Origin: Felis catus
Lineage: Eukaryota
Length of the DNA: 64,000 bases
Assembly (NCBI RefSeq): GCF_018350175.1
Contig: NC_058382.1
Coordinates: forward strand, 55,740,001 to 55,804,000
Direction of reading: 5' to 3'
Positions 63,151 through 64,000 of this stretch are shown piece after piece. Numbering within the stretch: the stretch's first letter is position 1; each line of letters opens with the position of its first letter. Under the pieces are notes generated by a model. The model saw only the letters and a list, made by a program, of their open reading frames with translations. It was not told where the DNA came from and did no database searches. The position numbers were made by a program, and so were the translations under genes.

Positions 63151-64000
63151 TCCTAGGCCCTCTGCCTTGCTGAGTCGGTCCCTGGTGGACATGATAGGCT
63201 GTGCTATCCTCTCGGATCTCTGATGGTAGATGCACCCTGCAGCTTGGAGACCTGAAAGAGCTCAGGAAGGCTGAGAGCCAGCTGTCAGAGCTCTTTGGGA
63301 TGCCACTGTCTCAGGCAGAAATCAGTGCTTGACTCAATCCCAGTCTCACTGGGCTCCTGTCCCACAGAACAATGGGAACAGTGGGCCCCCCGGGGCATTT
63401 TCTCACACCTGCCCACAGCTGTTTCCTCATAGGCGTCCTTCATGATTGCCAAAAAAACACTTACATTGAGACTGATGTTAATGTCAAAGCACAGGATCAA
63501 CTGGGGGAATTTTTCTTAGGATAGAAAATGTCCACTTTCCAAAGTTCTGGCTGGAGCACAAGGAAGTGTTGACTTCAGTCCTTCTGGGAGTCGCTGCTGT
63601 GCATACCAACAGGGTTCCTGCCCTGTGCCGAGACAACCCAGGCTTCTAATGGGGTGTTTGTCAACACGAGGATCTATGTGGGGCCTGTGGAGGTCTTGAA
63701 TAATGTATAAAATCCACATGTTAAGGTTGATTAAAATCCTAAGTGCATTATACAACTGGAGCAAAAGGCTCTTGAGTCTCTGATCATTGAAAGTCATTGA
63801 TCTTCAAGGACTTTTGTCCTCACACTGTGCCCCCAAGACAATGAATTATGGGGCCATTGGATTTATGGGGAGACCAGCATGAACACAGGAACTCATAGGA
63901 ACATCTCCATGCCACTTCATATAGAAAGGGAATGTGCATCATATATTGGATCCTCATAGAGCCAACAAGGAAGAGAAAACACTCAGAATTTGTTTCTTTT

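Noticed and set aside
63285..63500. VFLAIMKDAYEE resembling an ion-channel S6 helix end
   Set aside because: The similarity is short, with no supporting upstream pore sequence or exon structure; probably chance.

Overview
Mammalian genomic DNA from a felid (cat family), identified by 13 feliform-type Can-SINEs (SINEC) and carnivore L1 3' ends. The window is repeat-rich intergenic or deep-intronic sequence: MIR, L2, old and young L1, MaLR/ERVL LTRs, two ERV1-type solo LTRs, hAT and Tc1/mariner MITEs, and microsatellites. I could not support any intact host protein-coding gene; nearly all listed ORFs are repeat-derived or chance. The most notable items are: (1) a decayed, intronless, strongly diverged U1-C (SNRPC)-like zinc-finger coding relic at ~5.2-5.7 kb (-); (2) an unidentified retrocopy-like segment with a near-open 129-codon frame and long 3'UTR-like tail at ~24.6-27.25 kb (-); (3) a three-level nest (old L1 > twin-primed inverted L1 > young gammaretroviral solo LTR) at 31-35.5 kb; (4) a minisatellite apparently born from a MIR core; (5) a pure (GC)15 tract inside a SINE; (6) a SINE flanked by a 34-bp repeat that includes a second SINE head. 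I found no convincing evidence of a novel multi-gene biological system. Repeat family names come from my recall of consensus sequences, not from a search, and boundaries without target-site duplications (TSDs) are approximate.
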